Source: the human T2T-CHM13v2.0 reference genome, Homo sapiens
Strand: one strand, 5' to 3'
Assembly: GCF_009914755.1 (NCBI RefSeq)
Contig: NC_060935.1
Length of the DNA: 64,000 nucleotides
A program made the translations under genes and the position numbers. This document shows, in pieces, positions 1 to 13,606 of the stretch (position 1 is its first letter; every line of letters starts with the position of its first letter). The notes under the pieces were generated by a model that did not search any database, was not told where the DNA came from, and saw nothing but the letters and a program-made list of their open reading frames with translations.

Positions 1-209
1 GTGGCAACATAACTTCTCTTTGCCTGTGGACATACATGTGCTCATATCTGTGTTCATACCTATGTTCATACTACTGTTACCTGATTTGGATTACTTTGTT
101 AACGTGATATAAAATTAAAGTTTGACTTAAATTTTGATCCCCAATTGTCATTTAAAATGTCTTCAGAAAGATTATACAGTGCTAAAAAGTCCACTGAAAT
201 GAACAGTTA

Positions 210-856
210 TTGTGTATGCCAAAGATTGTCTGTCATGCAGCAGGCATTGCAATTACAGTCAGTAGAAACTGTCACATTTCTGGGAATAGATAATGGTATT
301 TTCAGCCCTAGAAGAGGTTAGTATGACCAATTTATTCATCATGAAGGACTACCACTCAGGAACATAACATCTATCTGTCAAAAGCCTTTGGCTAACTTGC
401 AAACAGAGCTACTTCACTTACCGTAATATGTAATACAGTTACAGAAAATTTCAAAATGCTAAGTTCATCCAAATGTGAAAAAATCCAGGTTTTCTTTATT
501 TGTCTCAAAATTATTATATCAGCCTAAAATTTGACAAAGCGGACTTGATGACAAGCAAACATTATCGGAAACAGAAAGTTGTCACCGTGATATTTTGCAC
601 ACTAATTGGTGGCTAAAAGAGATTCATCCATAAGACTTTCTAGGCTTAAAAAGAAGGTTTAGTCTAAAATGTTGATGGTCATACTAAAGAAGAGTATTGC
701 TTGCAATCATGCAGATAAATGTATACTACTGTTGCTCCATTTTATAAGAATCATGTTTATTATCTATTCAATGTTTTTCCCTCTTCCTCTCTTCTAAGCA
801 GTGGTTAAATTGATGGTGCATTATATTATCACTGACATCTTAGAATTAAATAAATG
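210..856 (+). mobile_element. TcMar-Tc2 (Kanga-like) DNA transposon fossil with degraded pogo-type transposase
   Basis: The frame from 181 reads ...QRLSVMQQALQLQSVETVTFLGIDNGIFSPRRG*YDQFIHHEGLPLRNITSICQK, resembling the CENP-B-type HTH motif FxAxxGWxxxFxxRxGLSLRRxTSICQK. VTVIFC..GG near 580-612 resembles the start of the DDE_1 domain. The 3' end (catcttagaattaaataaatg) resembles the Tc2/MER104 terminal inverted repeat. Confidence 0.75.
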
Positions 857-1644
857 AAGTTTTCCATATTAATGCTGAATACATGTTACATGGATTGGCA
901 GGTTTGTTGAATGGGTAGATGGAAGGGAGGGGATGAGGGAAGAGTGCAAAGCTGCTCTTTTATCTCTCAAGTTTTGATCAAGATTGTTTTTAACCAGTCA
1001 TAGCGCTACTGAAATAATTCATTATTGTCAGTGACTTCAGCTAAATTCACAGATTTGATGAAGGGCCTACACTGCCATAAAAAGTATTGGAATACAAACA
1101 ATGTGTGACACGTGACACTTGCCCATAGGGGCTAGCACACTGCTTACTGCTTGATTAATGGGTGGAAATGCAAGATTATTACATGGAAATCATCTATAGG
1201 AGAGAAGAGATTCACTGTTGGCTATTGAGGTAAAGTCTCTCGGAGGAAGCTCTATCCAGAGACTGAATTGAATTTGGACATAAAAGGAGCAGTGAAAAGA
1301 TAAGGAAAATGTAGAGTAGGTACTATTAGTATGTCCAGGGCAGGAGACAACCATCATTATGGTTTAAACGATCTGAACAGACAATAATAGTAATAAACTT
1401 CACTGTAATCTGGGTCTATGTTTTGTTATTCCTGGCCTTGGTTCATAATAACAGCTGTTAACACTTCTTATATGACAATAAGCCATTTAAGTGGCAAAAC
1501 AGCCCTATGAATATTTAATATACCCATTTTATTGGTAAAGACACTGAGACATATTAACTCAGCCTGGGAAACAGTCAACAGATAGTAGAGTTGTTTTGTA
1601 TATAGCCTGCAACCCAATTCTGCATTTTTTTCCAGGTTTTCTAG

Positions 1645-3052
1645 ACCAGTTCTCAAAGTCTATGGTCTCAGGATACTTTTACAAAACTTTTAAAAATTAT
1701 TGAGGCCTCCAGAAAGCTGTGGTTTTTGTAGGTTATATCTTTCGATATTTGCTATGTTAGAAATTAAAGCTTAGAATTGTAAAATAATGTGTTTATTAAC
1801 GTATTATAAAAATGTCAAAATAAATTACACAATTTTATGAGCAATAACTATGTTTTTCAAATGAAAACAAAATACTAAATAAAGTTGCCTTTAACATTTT
1901 CATTTTTTTATTGTTAGACTTAATAGAAGACAACCGAATTCTCAAATCTGCTTCTGCATTCTATCTGTTTCGATATGTTGTTTTCATTGAAGTATACAAA
2001 GACAATACAGCCTCACAAATATATGTAGTCGGAAAATTGAGGAATATTTTAATAGTTTTTACAGATAATTGGTACTGCACCAAATCTTGACAAGTAGAGT
2101 TTCTTAGATAATATTTGCATTGTGGAATCGGAAAACATGTCAATGAATTTTTTTGTGTTACATTAAAATCCACTGGTCTATTTTACGCTTTGATAGATCT
2201 TTTACCCATGCATGGTTTTATGTTATGCATTAGACATTTAGAAAAAAATTGATTCATTGAGTTATCCAGATCTTGCAAATGTTCACCATTTTTTTAAATA
2301 GAACATCACAAAATTACATTTGCTAGTATCACCACTGATCTCAACAGAAAAGTCTTTTAGTATTGGGAAGCTGTCAAACTTAGAGTAGTGAATACAAGTT
2401 TCCCAAAATTCTAATTTTTACTTGGTAGCTTGAATTTTATCACTGGCAGCAAATATTGTCATTGTTTCCCTTGAAATAACAGGCTCACTTCCGTTATTTT
2501 CAAGAGAACCTCTACTATACAACCAAGTCCAAATAACCATAATTTTGTTTGTCAATTATTCTTTCAAGTAAAAATGACTCCCCTTGAAAAAGTGGCTAGT
2601 TCAGCTCATAACTCAATCACACAAGTGCTTTTGTTACTGAGTCAACCATCATATTTCAATATGCAGCAGAATTGCTTCATGTGAATATCCATTTCATCAT
2701 ACAGAATAATAAAAATGTGTCTTCTATTTAAAGATTTAATAAAATTGATAATTTCTACAACTTTATCAATGATATTCTTAAATAAAATTGGGTTTTAAAA
2801 AAGTGGTGCTGAAAAATGCAATGACACTCATAGAAATTAGTGCCTTTGCCCTAATTCAAGTGCCTTTGCCCTAATGCAAAAGTTCAACAATTTTACCAAC
2901 CATTGATTTTGCACCATCAGTACAAACGTCAACACAGCTTAAAAGGGAAATGTTTTCTCAGTACTATTATGGAAATAGTCTTGATATTATGGACCTCCTG
3001 AGAAGGTCACAGGGACACCCACATGTCTGCAGACCACACTTTGAGATGTTGT
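1645..3052 (-). mobile_element. hAT-Charlie DNA transposon (Charlie1a-like)
   Basis: The reverse complement of 2960-3050 matches the Charlie1 5' end (ctcaaagtgtggtc...ggtcca...actatttccataatagtact). ORF 1961-2173(-) ends FPTTYICEAVLSLYTSMKTTYRNR, the hAT C-terminal dimerisation motif. Length is about 1.4 kb. Confidence 0.85.
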
Positions 3053-4084
3053 GCCTTACTGTAAATGCATCCTGTATAGCTCTGTTTATAAATGTTTCTG
3101 TTTTAAAAACCTTAAAGGGAAAAAAACCAACAAATTATTTTTAAAGGATCATTAAATGGCAGAAGTGTGAACCAAAAGACAACTAATGTGTTATGTAAGT
3201 ACTTTTTAAAACATTAATTAAAAGTAAATTTTATGAGAAAAAAGACTTCAAAGATTTGAAGTGAGCCATTAGTTAGAATATCCTACAAAATAGCACATTT
3301 ATAATTTAAGAGGTTTTCCTTTTTACCTATGGAGCAAACTATACTTTGAATCCATCAATATGGATTTCATATCTGGTATATAATTTTACATAGTTCAGAA
3401 AACACTGGGAGAAGATGTGAAACATCTGAACTATGTTCAGAAAACATTGGGAAAACATTGGGATATGTTTCTGTAATATATAAATAATAAATGATATTAA
3501 GAATGCTAATAGCTATTGTTTATTGTTTTTAATATATTATATACTTTAATCCTGCAGCATGCTTGTGACTCAAGAACAGAAGTGAAAGGAAGTGTCGGTC
3601 TTCTGCACTCTGCCACAGCAAGAAAAATATGAGCCCAAATCCACCAGGTCCCCCTGACTCAAAGCCTAACCCGAAACACAGAGAAATCACGTACACTCAT
3701 GCCTTCTTCAAACTTCGCTTTTCAGATCTGGAAGCTAAAAGACGCAGCAACAATGACTACATGAAAACTGCTTAAGACCTTTCTTAAAACAGGCAGTGAA
3801 CTGGTTCTTTGTAATAAGAGGATGAAGCAGAATATTCCATATTTAATTAGCAATCTTAAGAAAGTGAATTAACACCTTCCTTCTGAGGTGTTGCCAGTCA
3901 AACACAGTTGGATTCCCATTTTTTGGAGGCTTGGAGGCCTGTTTGGGAGAGGTCATTGACAGTAAATTGCTAGGACACATGATACAAGGCATCACACAAG
4001 GAAACATTGTGGAAGCTAACATTTTTCCACAAAACACAAGAGAGAAAACAGAAGCAGATTGAACAGCAATGGTACTTAGTGTTA

Positions 4085-4200
4085 CCCCCAGCTTATAAAT
4101 TCCTTTTGGGCAGGAGTGCTATATAATTCATTTTTGAATTTCCCTAATGGCACATGCTCGGGCACATTGAAGGCATTCGATATATGTTTGTTATTTTTTA
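4085..4200 (+). mobile_element. L2 LINE 3' end fragment
   Basis: tccttttgggcaggagtg...ggcacatgctcgggcacattgaaggcattcgatatatgtttg resembles the L2 3' terminus. Confidence 0.55.
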
Positions 4201-5914
4201 ACAAAATTGAATGGGAATTGAAATTTAGTGTGATAAGAAAAGATAACCCATGTATTTGAGTGTTTATATTTTGTAAACCTTGCTCTAATCGTGCATCAAG
4301 CTGTTAGTAATTAGTAAATGCTCAAAGAACTATTTGTTGTGAAATTAGTAAAATTATTCTCTGAAACAGCATCTGATACCATAAATACCTCTTAAGACTT
4401 TTCATCAGTGTGCTAAGCTATGCTTTTATGCTTGTAGATAGTAAAAAAAAAAAAATCTGCTTCTGAAGGCTTTCTGAATTCTTTCTTCACATCACAATGT
4501 AATGTATTTTCAAGGTTACATTAGTTACTATATTTATACATGAATTTGTGTGTAGATGTATATGTGTATATACACTCATATATTATACATCACATATTTA
4601 CATATAACTGTCATATATATGAACTTTTTAAATACAAAAACATAATCTATACTCCATGTAACACTTCCCCACTAACACACATACCAATATAAAGAGTCAT
4701 TTTACTCATTACTAAACAAACAAAAAATAGTTCTTGAAACCAAAACCCATAATGTATACTTTGTGTTTCCTTGGTTATCCTCATCTAGAAAAAGTCTCTC
4801 TGAGTGACTCACACGGCCACAAGGAATCATTGCCATTAAATTGGCAGCAGTTTTCTGAAATGTGGCATGGTGATGACAAGGGAATGAATATTTTATCTAA
4901 TTCTTGCCTAACAAATGTAAACTTTCAAATTAATTGAAGATAGAAAAGAAAACACTCTGGGCACTATTTTATAAACTTAATACCTCCTTTAATTACCTCG
5001 GCAATTCCCTGAGTAGTGACGTGGGGACCTTAGCTGCTCCCATCCTATCACTAAGCCATCTTTATTGTGCCTTCCAAGGTTAACACAAAAAGGATAAAGG
5101 TCTGAAGAATTTCATGGAGTTTTTCTAAGACTTCCTGGAATTTTTTCTGAATCTCTCCCACTCATATCCCATCAGCCAGATGTCACATAGCCATATGCAA
5201 GGGAAGCTGGGAAATAGAGTCTTCCTCTGTGTGTCCCAGGAATGAGGACACATGGTAAGCCAGATTTTATCAGAGTTAAAGGCAGCACTGTCCCTGCCAT
5301 AGTTACTATTATCATTACCCCTTAGAGTTACACCACATCAACATTATCTTTTACGTTTTAGCCAAACGATTAACTCTACAGTGAAACCTTCCAATAATGT
5401 GCCCCACAGAATAAAAACCCAGGCACGAGTCAGTCATTCACAGCAACTGGCTAACTCTGGTCACCTCAAAAACTTCACAATAGGGCAACCCTATATTTTA
5501 TGTGATTAATTGTTTTGGACCCAAGCTATAATGCTATGGCTAGTTTCTACTATATTTATAATACCTTTTTGAATGTGTTAATAGTTCCCAAGAAGTACAG
5601 TCAAATCTGTCCTCTAGTGTGAGTCACTAAAAGTGATTATTGATGAACCATAGGTTGCTGGAGAAGCTGAATTATAGTGTATCAATTTGTGATGATATAT
5701 AAAGAATGAGAATGAGATGAAGTAAAAATATAGAAATAACATTCTGATTCCACCCCTTATTAACTTTATGTCTCAGTGTCTCAGTTTCCTTATCTATAAT
5801 TTATATCTGTATGAAATAAAAAAATAGAGCAAATAATGCTGACATTTTGTCTAGTATTAAGGAATAAATATAGTCATATTTAATTATTAAAATAACTCTA
5901 AAATAAACACAATT

Positions 5915-6030
5915 TCTATTCCTATTTTATGTAAAAAGAAGCTAAAGTTATATAACTTGTCCAAGGTCACACAGCTAGGAAGTGTTAGAAATAGGATTCA
6001 AACTCAGATCTATATGATTCCAAAGTCCAG
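5915..6030 (-). mobile_element. MIR SINE
   Basis: Reverse MIR core: aacttgtccaaggtcacacagctaggaagt...ggattcaaactcagatct. Confidence 0.75.
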
Positions 6031-6086
6031 AATCCATCATGCTCCTTCTTAAAGAACTCTGCCATTTTCGAAATCAGCAGCAATGT

Positions 6087-6460
6087 TGATATGGTTTGGT
6101 TCTGTGTCTTCATCCAAATCTCATGTAGAATTGTAATTCCCAGTGTTGAAAGAGGGCCCTGGTTGTGGATGATTGAATCACAGGGGCAGACTTCCCTCTT
6201 GCTGTTCTTGTGATACAGTGCTCACAAGATCTGATTACTGGAAAGCGCGTGACACTACACCCTTAGCTCTCTCTCTCTGCCGTGTGAAGAAGGAGCTTGC
6301 CTCCACTTTGCCCTTCAGCCATAATTGTAAGTTTCCTGAGGCTTCCTCAACCATGCTTTCTGTACAGCCTCTAAGACTGTGAGTCAAGTAAACCTCTTTT
6401 CTTCATAAATTAACCAGTCTCAGGTAGTTCTTTATAGCAATGTGAGAACGGACTAATACA
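6087..6460 (+). mobile_element. Solo MaLR LTR (MSTA/THE1D-like)
   Basis: Begins tgatatggtttgg and ends gaacggactaataca. Flanked by a degenerate 5-bp TSD (aatgt/gatgt). Confidence 0.92.
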
Positions 6461-6703
6461 GATGTTGTTGTTATGGTTATAATTATACCATCAATCTTAG
6501 CTTTTCTATTTTGTCCTAGGAAAACTTTCTTCTTTAATCATTTAAACAAAGTTTTGCTATGAACCACTTGGAAAATAAAAAAGCAGATAGCTCAAAACAT
6601 TGATAGAGTTTAAAGAATCATCAGAGATATAGAGAGCATTTAATTTGCAATTCAAATGGCACTTCTGGTACTACATATGTAAGATACTAATAAATACTGA
6701 GTG

Positions 6704-6751
6704 CAGGTAGGCCTCTGCCTTGATTCCAGGTAGGCCTCTGCCTTGATTCCA
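6704..6751. repeat. Perfect 23-bp tandem duplication
   Basis: caggtaggcctctgccttgattc occurs twice in tandem. Confidence 0.95.
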
Positions 6752-9365
6752 CAAGTCTTCAGTTTCAGGTGGTCCAAAATTCAAGGTGAGATCATCTTCC
6801 TTAGAATGTTAAGTAGGTTTACACTGTTTCCTTTTCTCTATAAATTTGTTTTTGCAAGCCCCACTTTTTAAATCTTATTTTTTAATATTTTTTACCAACA
6901 TTTTCTCTCTTATACAATACTCATTTTATTGAGGGGTGTGAGAATGTGTTATGTAAAGCCTCTGTTTAAAAAAATCTGGTTCTGTGACATTCTACATCAA
7001 CTCATTTTTTATTACATAAATATAGTTTTAAGGGAGAGAGAATAAAGTGAGAGTGAAAGAGACGCAAGAAAGAGAGAAAACGAGAAAGAGAGAGAGAGAG
7101 ATCAAAGTGCCCTGGTCTTTCCCCTGAATCTTACCAGTTCATCATTTTTGTCTGCCTCACTCTAGGTGACATGTGACAGGGCAGCAGATGGTCCCCAAAT
7201 CCAAAAATTGACTATTTCTAGGGGTGAAAATTGGTATAATGTATATCACAGTCTGGTAAGATATAAAACAGCTGTACTCTGACATTCCTAATAAAGATTA
7301 TTATATAAAATACTCAGGGAATCATGCAGATACAATTTTTGACAATAATCTGGGGTACTGGTACATGATATCTAATCCTTAATGAAAGGACACATTTAGA
7401 AATTTAGAAATTTCACTAGTCTATAGAACAAAAAGGCAGAGAGAAGCAGTTTAAGAAAATCTTTTACATGCTAAAAATATGGGGCTTTGACAGTTAATGG
7501 AGATATACCTTGCTTTACACAATAGCATAGGAAAACGGGAATCTCAATGTATCTGCTTCTCAGGTGATTAACTGAGACTCAGATAAGTTAAGTGCCCTCC
7601 GCAGAAAGGAATAGAATTTCCACTCCTGACTCCCCACCCACAGGCCCAGCACTTCTCCCACCCAACTTTCAGAGCAGCCTGATCCAGCTCTGCTGCTGCA
7701 GCAAGCTCAAAAAGTCCCCATCTTGAAAAGTTATTTCTCATTTCTCATTTATATTACTAATATTTTCAGCTTCCTTATCCTCACTTCTCATTATTCAAAA
7801 TATTTTAACAAATACATTTGTAAGTGTGTCTGCACATATCTAAACATATATAAAATTTTGTCCAGCAGAAAATGTGTTTATGTAATAAGCTGCATAGGAT
7901 GACTAACTGTGTGGGATTTCATTCAGAAAAAAAAAAAAATAGTGGGGAAAGAGGAGTTAATCCTAACTGCATAGGATTTCATTTGGAAAAAAGTGGAAAA
8001 ATGAGAGAATCTTATGGATTAAAAAAGTTGAAAAAGAATATAGACAACCCATAATCCCTTATTTTATTACAACATATTAAAAACTAAAGAAAGCTGCGTT
8101 TATGGAATATAGCCCATGTGTACACACTGTGCACAGCACTTTGCAGACCTCTGTCATTCTGTCTTGGCAACAAGCCTATAAGCAAGTATTTATTATGCCC
8201 CTTTTCGTAAACAAGGACACTGTCAATTGTACACTTAAGCAATAGTTACATGGTAGAGGTGGGATTGAAACCTAGGTGTGCCTGATGCTTTCCAGCATAC
8301 TGTGCTGTCTCTTCCTTCCTACATTTTTAAACTGGTAACCTTGTGGGGATTAATGAGCTCCTTGACTTTATAACCTGCTAGGTGAAGCAGCACATTCATT
8401 TAACTACCCTCAATCCACTGCTTTGGTGTGATATTTAGAATTCTCTCTTTGAAGCAAAAAGGGAGTATTTATTTCATCTATTTACTTCATGCATTTATTA
8501 ATTTCAACCTGCAAATATCTGTAGTACCTTGATTTGAACTTCAAAGAAACAATATAATGTGTGAAGAATATATGGAATTTGTATTTCTGTTAGATGAATC
8601 CTGATTTCCTTGGCTAATATTGTCTACTCTTGATAATCTATGGTTCTAGCAAACAATAAAAAACTATAAATTAGATCAATAAATGCCATGAGTTTCAGTG
8701 AAACATCCTGGTTTAGAGCACTCGAGAAACAGGATATTATGAACAGTGCAGTGAACTAATTATTTCTGTATTTTATGAATGAAGTTTATGTTTGTAATTT
8801 TCTCATTTTTATTAAAGAGACAGATTGCATTTTATAATTTTTTTGTTGCATCTACTGCTCACCTACTGAGCTGTGGAATACAGTCAAGTTGAACCAAGAA
8901 TTTACTACTGAGAAACTCAGGGGAGGTATCACTAGTTTTCAGTCGGTTTTATAACAATGTATAAACAAGTGGGAATCAGGGGGAAAGAACTAACTAAGCT
9001 GGCCCCTATTGTGGACCAGATACATGGAGTTTGTCAAAGTCATTTATTTAATCCTCATAATAGTCGTGTTGAAATTATTATTCCCACTTAATGGGTTGGT
9101 TCACAGCTATTAAATGATGTGTTCAAGATCATTCACTTTGTAAATATACTTGATTCCAAAATCAAGAGAACCTATGCCTTTAAACCAGAGCTTCTCAAAC
9201 GTCTCCTTGAAAGCTTTCCATGTTGGAGAAGCACAGATGTCTATAGCTGAGGTTCTGCAGCCACAGCCCAAAGAGGCAAACTAAAAATTCAATATGACTT
9301 TATGGTCTTAGTACTTTTCAGAAGTTTATTCCAAAATGTGTGTTAGATTCCATGTTATATCCATC

Positions 9366-11549
9366 TGATATGGTTTGACTGTGTCCCCACCCATATCTCA
9401 TCTTGAATTCCCGTGTGTTGTGGGAGGGACCCAGTGGGAGGTAACTGAATCATGGGGGCAGGTCTTTACCATGCTGTTCTCATGATAGTGAATAAGTCTC
9501 ATGAGATGTGATGGTTTTAAAAACGGGAGTTTCCTTGCACAAGCTCTCTCTTTGCTACTGCCATCCATATAAGATGTAACTTGCTCCTCCTTGCCTTCCA
9601 CCGTGATTGTGAGGCCTCCCCAGCCATGTGGAACTATGAGTGCATTAAACATCTCTTTCTTTTGTAAATTGTCCAGTCTTGGGTATGTCTTTATCAGCAG
9701 CATGAGAATGGAATAATACAGTAAATTGGTACCAGTAGAGTGGGGTGCTACTGAAGATACTCAAAAATTTGAAAGTGACTTTGGAACTGGGTAACAGGCA
9801 GAGGTTGGAAAAATTTGGAGGGCTCAGAAGAAGACAGGAAAATGTGGGAAATTTTGGAACTCCCTCAAGACTTGTTGAATGGCTTTGGCGAAAATTCAGA
9901 CAATGATATTGACAATGAAATCCAGTCTGAGCTGGTCACAGATGGTGATGAGAGAGATGATTTACAGTATCTGGAGGAAGAAATTTCTAAGCAGCAAAGT
10001 ATTCGAGAGGTGACTTGGGTGCTGTTAAAGGCATTCAGTTTTAAAAGGGAAACAGAGCATAAAGGTTTTAAAAATTTGCTGCCTGACAATGCAATAGAAA
10101 AGCAAATCCCATTTTCCAAGGAGAAATTCAAGCTGGCTACAGATATTTGCATAAGTAAGGAGGAGCCGAATGTTAATCCCTAAGACAATGGGGAAAATGT
10201 CTCCTGGCCGTGTCAGAGGTCTTCATGGCAGTTGCTCCCACAGACCCTGAGGCCTAGAAGGAAAGAATGGTTTCACTGGCTAGGCCCAGGGTCCCCATGC
10301 TGTGTACAACCTAGGGAATTGGTGCCCTGTGTCACAGCCACTCCAGCCATGGCTGAAAGGGGCCAACGTAGAGCTTGAGCCATGGCTTCAAGGGGTATAA
10401 GCACCAAGCCTTGGCAATTTCCATGTGGTGGTGAGCCTGCAAGTGCACAGAGGTCAATAATTGAGGTTTGGGAACCTCTGCCTAGATTTCAAAAGATGTA
10501 TGGGAACACCTGGATGCCCAGGCAGAAGTTTGCCGCAGGGACGGGGCCCTCATGGAGAACCTCTTCTAGGGCAGTGCAGAAGGGAAATGTCAGGTCAGAG
10601 CCACCACACAAAGTCCCTACTGAGGCACTGTCTAGAGAAGCTGTGATAAGAGGGCTGCTGTCCTCCAGACCCCGAGTGATAGATTCACTGACAGCTTGCA
10701 CCGTGCACCTGGAAAAGCTGCAGACACTGAACACCAGCCTGTGAAAACAGCCAGGAGGAATGCTGTACCTTGCAAAGCCACAGGGTGTAAGCTGCCCAAT
10801 TCCATGGGAATCCACCTCTTGCATCAGCATGACCCAGATGTGAGACATGGAGTCAAAAGAGGTCATTTTGGAGCTTTAAGATTTGACTGCTCTGCTGAAT
10901 TTTGAACTTGCACAGTGCCTGTAGCCCCTTTATTTTAACTAATTACTCCCATTTGGAATGGATGTATTTACCCAATACCTGTACCCTCACTGTATCTAGG
11001 AAGTAACTAACTTGCTTTTTATTTTACAGGCTCTCAGGGGGAAGGGGGTTTGCCTTGTCTCAGATGAAACTTTGGACTGTGGACTTTTGAGTTAAGGCTG
11101 AAATGAGTTAAGACTTTGGGGGACTACTGCGAAGGCACAATTTATTTTGAAATGTGAGAACATGAGGTTTGGGAGGGGCCTAGGGTGGAATGATATGGTT
11201 TGGCTGCGTGCCCCTTGACATTTCATCTTGAATTCCTACATGTTGTGATAGGGACATGATGGGAAGTAATTGAATCACGGAGGCAGGTCTTTCCTGTGCT
11301 GTTTTTTGTGATAGTGAATAAATCTCATGAGATGTGATGGTTTTAAAAATGTGAGTTTCCCTGCACAACAAGCTCTCTCTTTGCCTGCTGCCATTCATGT
11401 TAGATGCAACTTGCTCCTCCTTGCCTTCCACCATGATTGTGAGGCCTCCCCAGCCTCTTGGAACTGTAAGTCCATTAAACCTATCTTTCTTTTGTAAATT
11501 GGCCAGTCTTGGGTATGTCTTTATCAGCAGCATGAGAACAAATAATACA
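9366..11549 (+). mobile_element. Two-LTR THE1A-like MaLR retrotransposon: 5' LTR 9366-9720, internal 9721-11190, 3' LTR 11191-11549
   Basis: Both LTRs run tgatatggtttg...taataca. The internal region starts gtaaattggtaccagtagagtgggg, and a purine-rich tract (11171-11190) precedes the 3' LTR. Degenerate TSD ccatc/ccagt. The ORFs at 9815-10905 are THE1 internal remnants. Confidence 0.95.
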
Positions 11550-12818
11550 CCAGTTTTATTTTAATGTACAAAATGTTTTAAATTACTTTTTCTCAGTAGA
11601 CTCCACAGGAACAGTCATCTTGTTTTTTTATGAATTTTTAAAACTCCCTTCCACAGGCAGTCTTCTTATTCTGGCTCTTTTCTCTTCTCTATGAAGCTGT
11701 TATATCTGTAGAAAATTCCCTCCAACAGCAGCTTCCTTCTGATGGCTTCCAGTTTTGCTCTTCTCACAACTTAAGATGTTACAAAAATTCCTCAGTGTCA
11801 GTCTCCATCACGTCATTATTCTTTTAGGTTCCAGCTGAAGCTGCTTCATGGCTGTCTCAGTCCTATTAAAATCACCATGTCCCTCTTTCTTTTATTAAAA
11901 GTCATTAAGTCAGGGGTAACTCCAGGGGACTTAGCATTAGGTCAAACTTATGTCTTGTACTACTCTGGCCTGGAAAACTATATTCTTAGTAAAAACAACT
12001 ATAACTGTGGCAGCTTTTAGACTGCTAAACACAATGAAGGGATTTTAATGTGTATTCTTCACAAGAACTCTAGAAGTGTCATCATTATTTCCATTTTCAG
12101 ATTAGAAATCAAATAAAAACCAAAAGCTGTCACTTAGTAAGATTTATCACTTCCCAAGTTTAGAGGCTAGAAATGAAAAAAAACAAAACATTAACAAGTG
12201 GTTCCTTATAAACACATGCGCACGTACCTATCTGGATTTATATCCCGATACCCTGGCCAATAGCCACTGCTCATGCTAATCTCCATAAGTATGGAAGGAA
12301 TTCTTAACTTGAACCCCAAGCTAATAGTTGAGCTTTCCTCTCCCCCTTTACCCATCCCCTCTTTACCTCTCCCTCCTTAGCCACAGCTCAGCCACCCAAG
12401 AGGCACCCTTAGATTTATTCTGTCCCAGAGGCTATTAGTGGTCTTGAATTCTGAGTTCTGGTTGCATAAAAAATCACTGGACATGATGATAATAACTAAC
12501 AGGAACTCCTTTCAGTTGTCAATACAGAGGATTTTCACTCTTTTTTTTTTGAGTAGTTTTCAATGCCTATTATTCACGTAGTCATTCACTAATTCAATAC
12601 ACATTTATAAAGCACCTACAATATATTAGACTACACTAGTGCCATCATATTCTACTTTCAACCTGTTTTTTCTCCAGTAGATATTCCTAGGTATCCCCTT
12701 CTACCTTGCTTTCTTTAGACAGCCTTTAATCCAACAAGGTGCAAAAGGTTTTGACCTCTATCTCTGAAAACACACCTTGCTTGCCCACTAACTGGAAGTA
12801 AAAATATCACCAACAAGA

Positions 12819-13132
12819 GGCTGGTGTCGTGGCTCATGCCTGTAATCCCAGCACTTTGGGAGGCTAAGGCAGGAGGATCACTTGAGCCCAGGGGCTTGAA
12901 ACTAGCATGCACAATATGGCAAGACCCTGTGTCTACAAAACATAAATAAATAAAATACAAATAAAAAAATTAGTCAGGTGGTGGTACACCTGTAGTCCTA
13001 GCTACTCAGGAGGTTAAGGTGAGAGGATCCCTTGAGCCCAGGAGATCAAGGTTGCAATGAGTTATGGTCATGCCACTGTACTCCAGCCTGAGTGACAAAG
13101 CAAGACATTTTCTCAAAAAATAAAAAAAAAAA
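12819..13132 (+). mobile_element. Alu (AluJ-like)
   Basis: Dimeric Alu with gaggatcacttgagcccagg and an A-tail. TSD aaaaatatcaccaaca/aagaatatcatcaaca. Confidence 0.95.
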
Positions 13133-13606
13133 GAATATCATCAACAGCATCCCTCTCACTGACATCATTCAAAATGTCATAAAAAATTTTTTTAAATACA
13201 CTTGTGATTCCATTTTAAATTTAAGTAATTTAACACAAATTGGGTTAATTCAGACACTAATCCCATTTCACAAATGAAAAGAAAGCTTAACTTTAACTCC
13301 GCAAATCTGTGCTGAAACAGAGTTCCTAGTCCAATTCTAGTATTTTTCCCTTGCACCAAGCTATTATAAACAACATATAAACCAATTTTCCTTAAAAAGC
13401 ACAAGAAATATATTAAATATATATACACACACACAAACACACAATGCATGCTAAAATGGTAATAAAAATAAATAGTAGAAGGTAATAAAAATACTATAAA
13501 AACAAACAGAATTACTGTAATTGATAATAAATTTTGCTCTGAGTTTTCAGTAGCCAAGATAAACACAATTAGAATTTAATGAAAAAATATATATAGTTTA
13601 AATTAA

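Noticed and set aside
9398-11533. Cluster of 60-125 aa ORFs including two paralogous MLLIKTYPRL ORFs
   Set aside because: They derive from the two THE1 LTRs and the decayed internal region.
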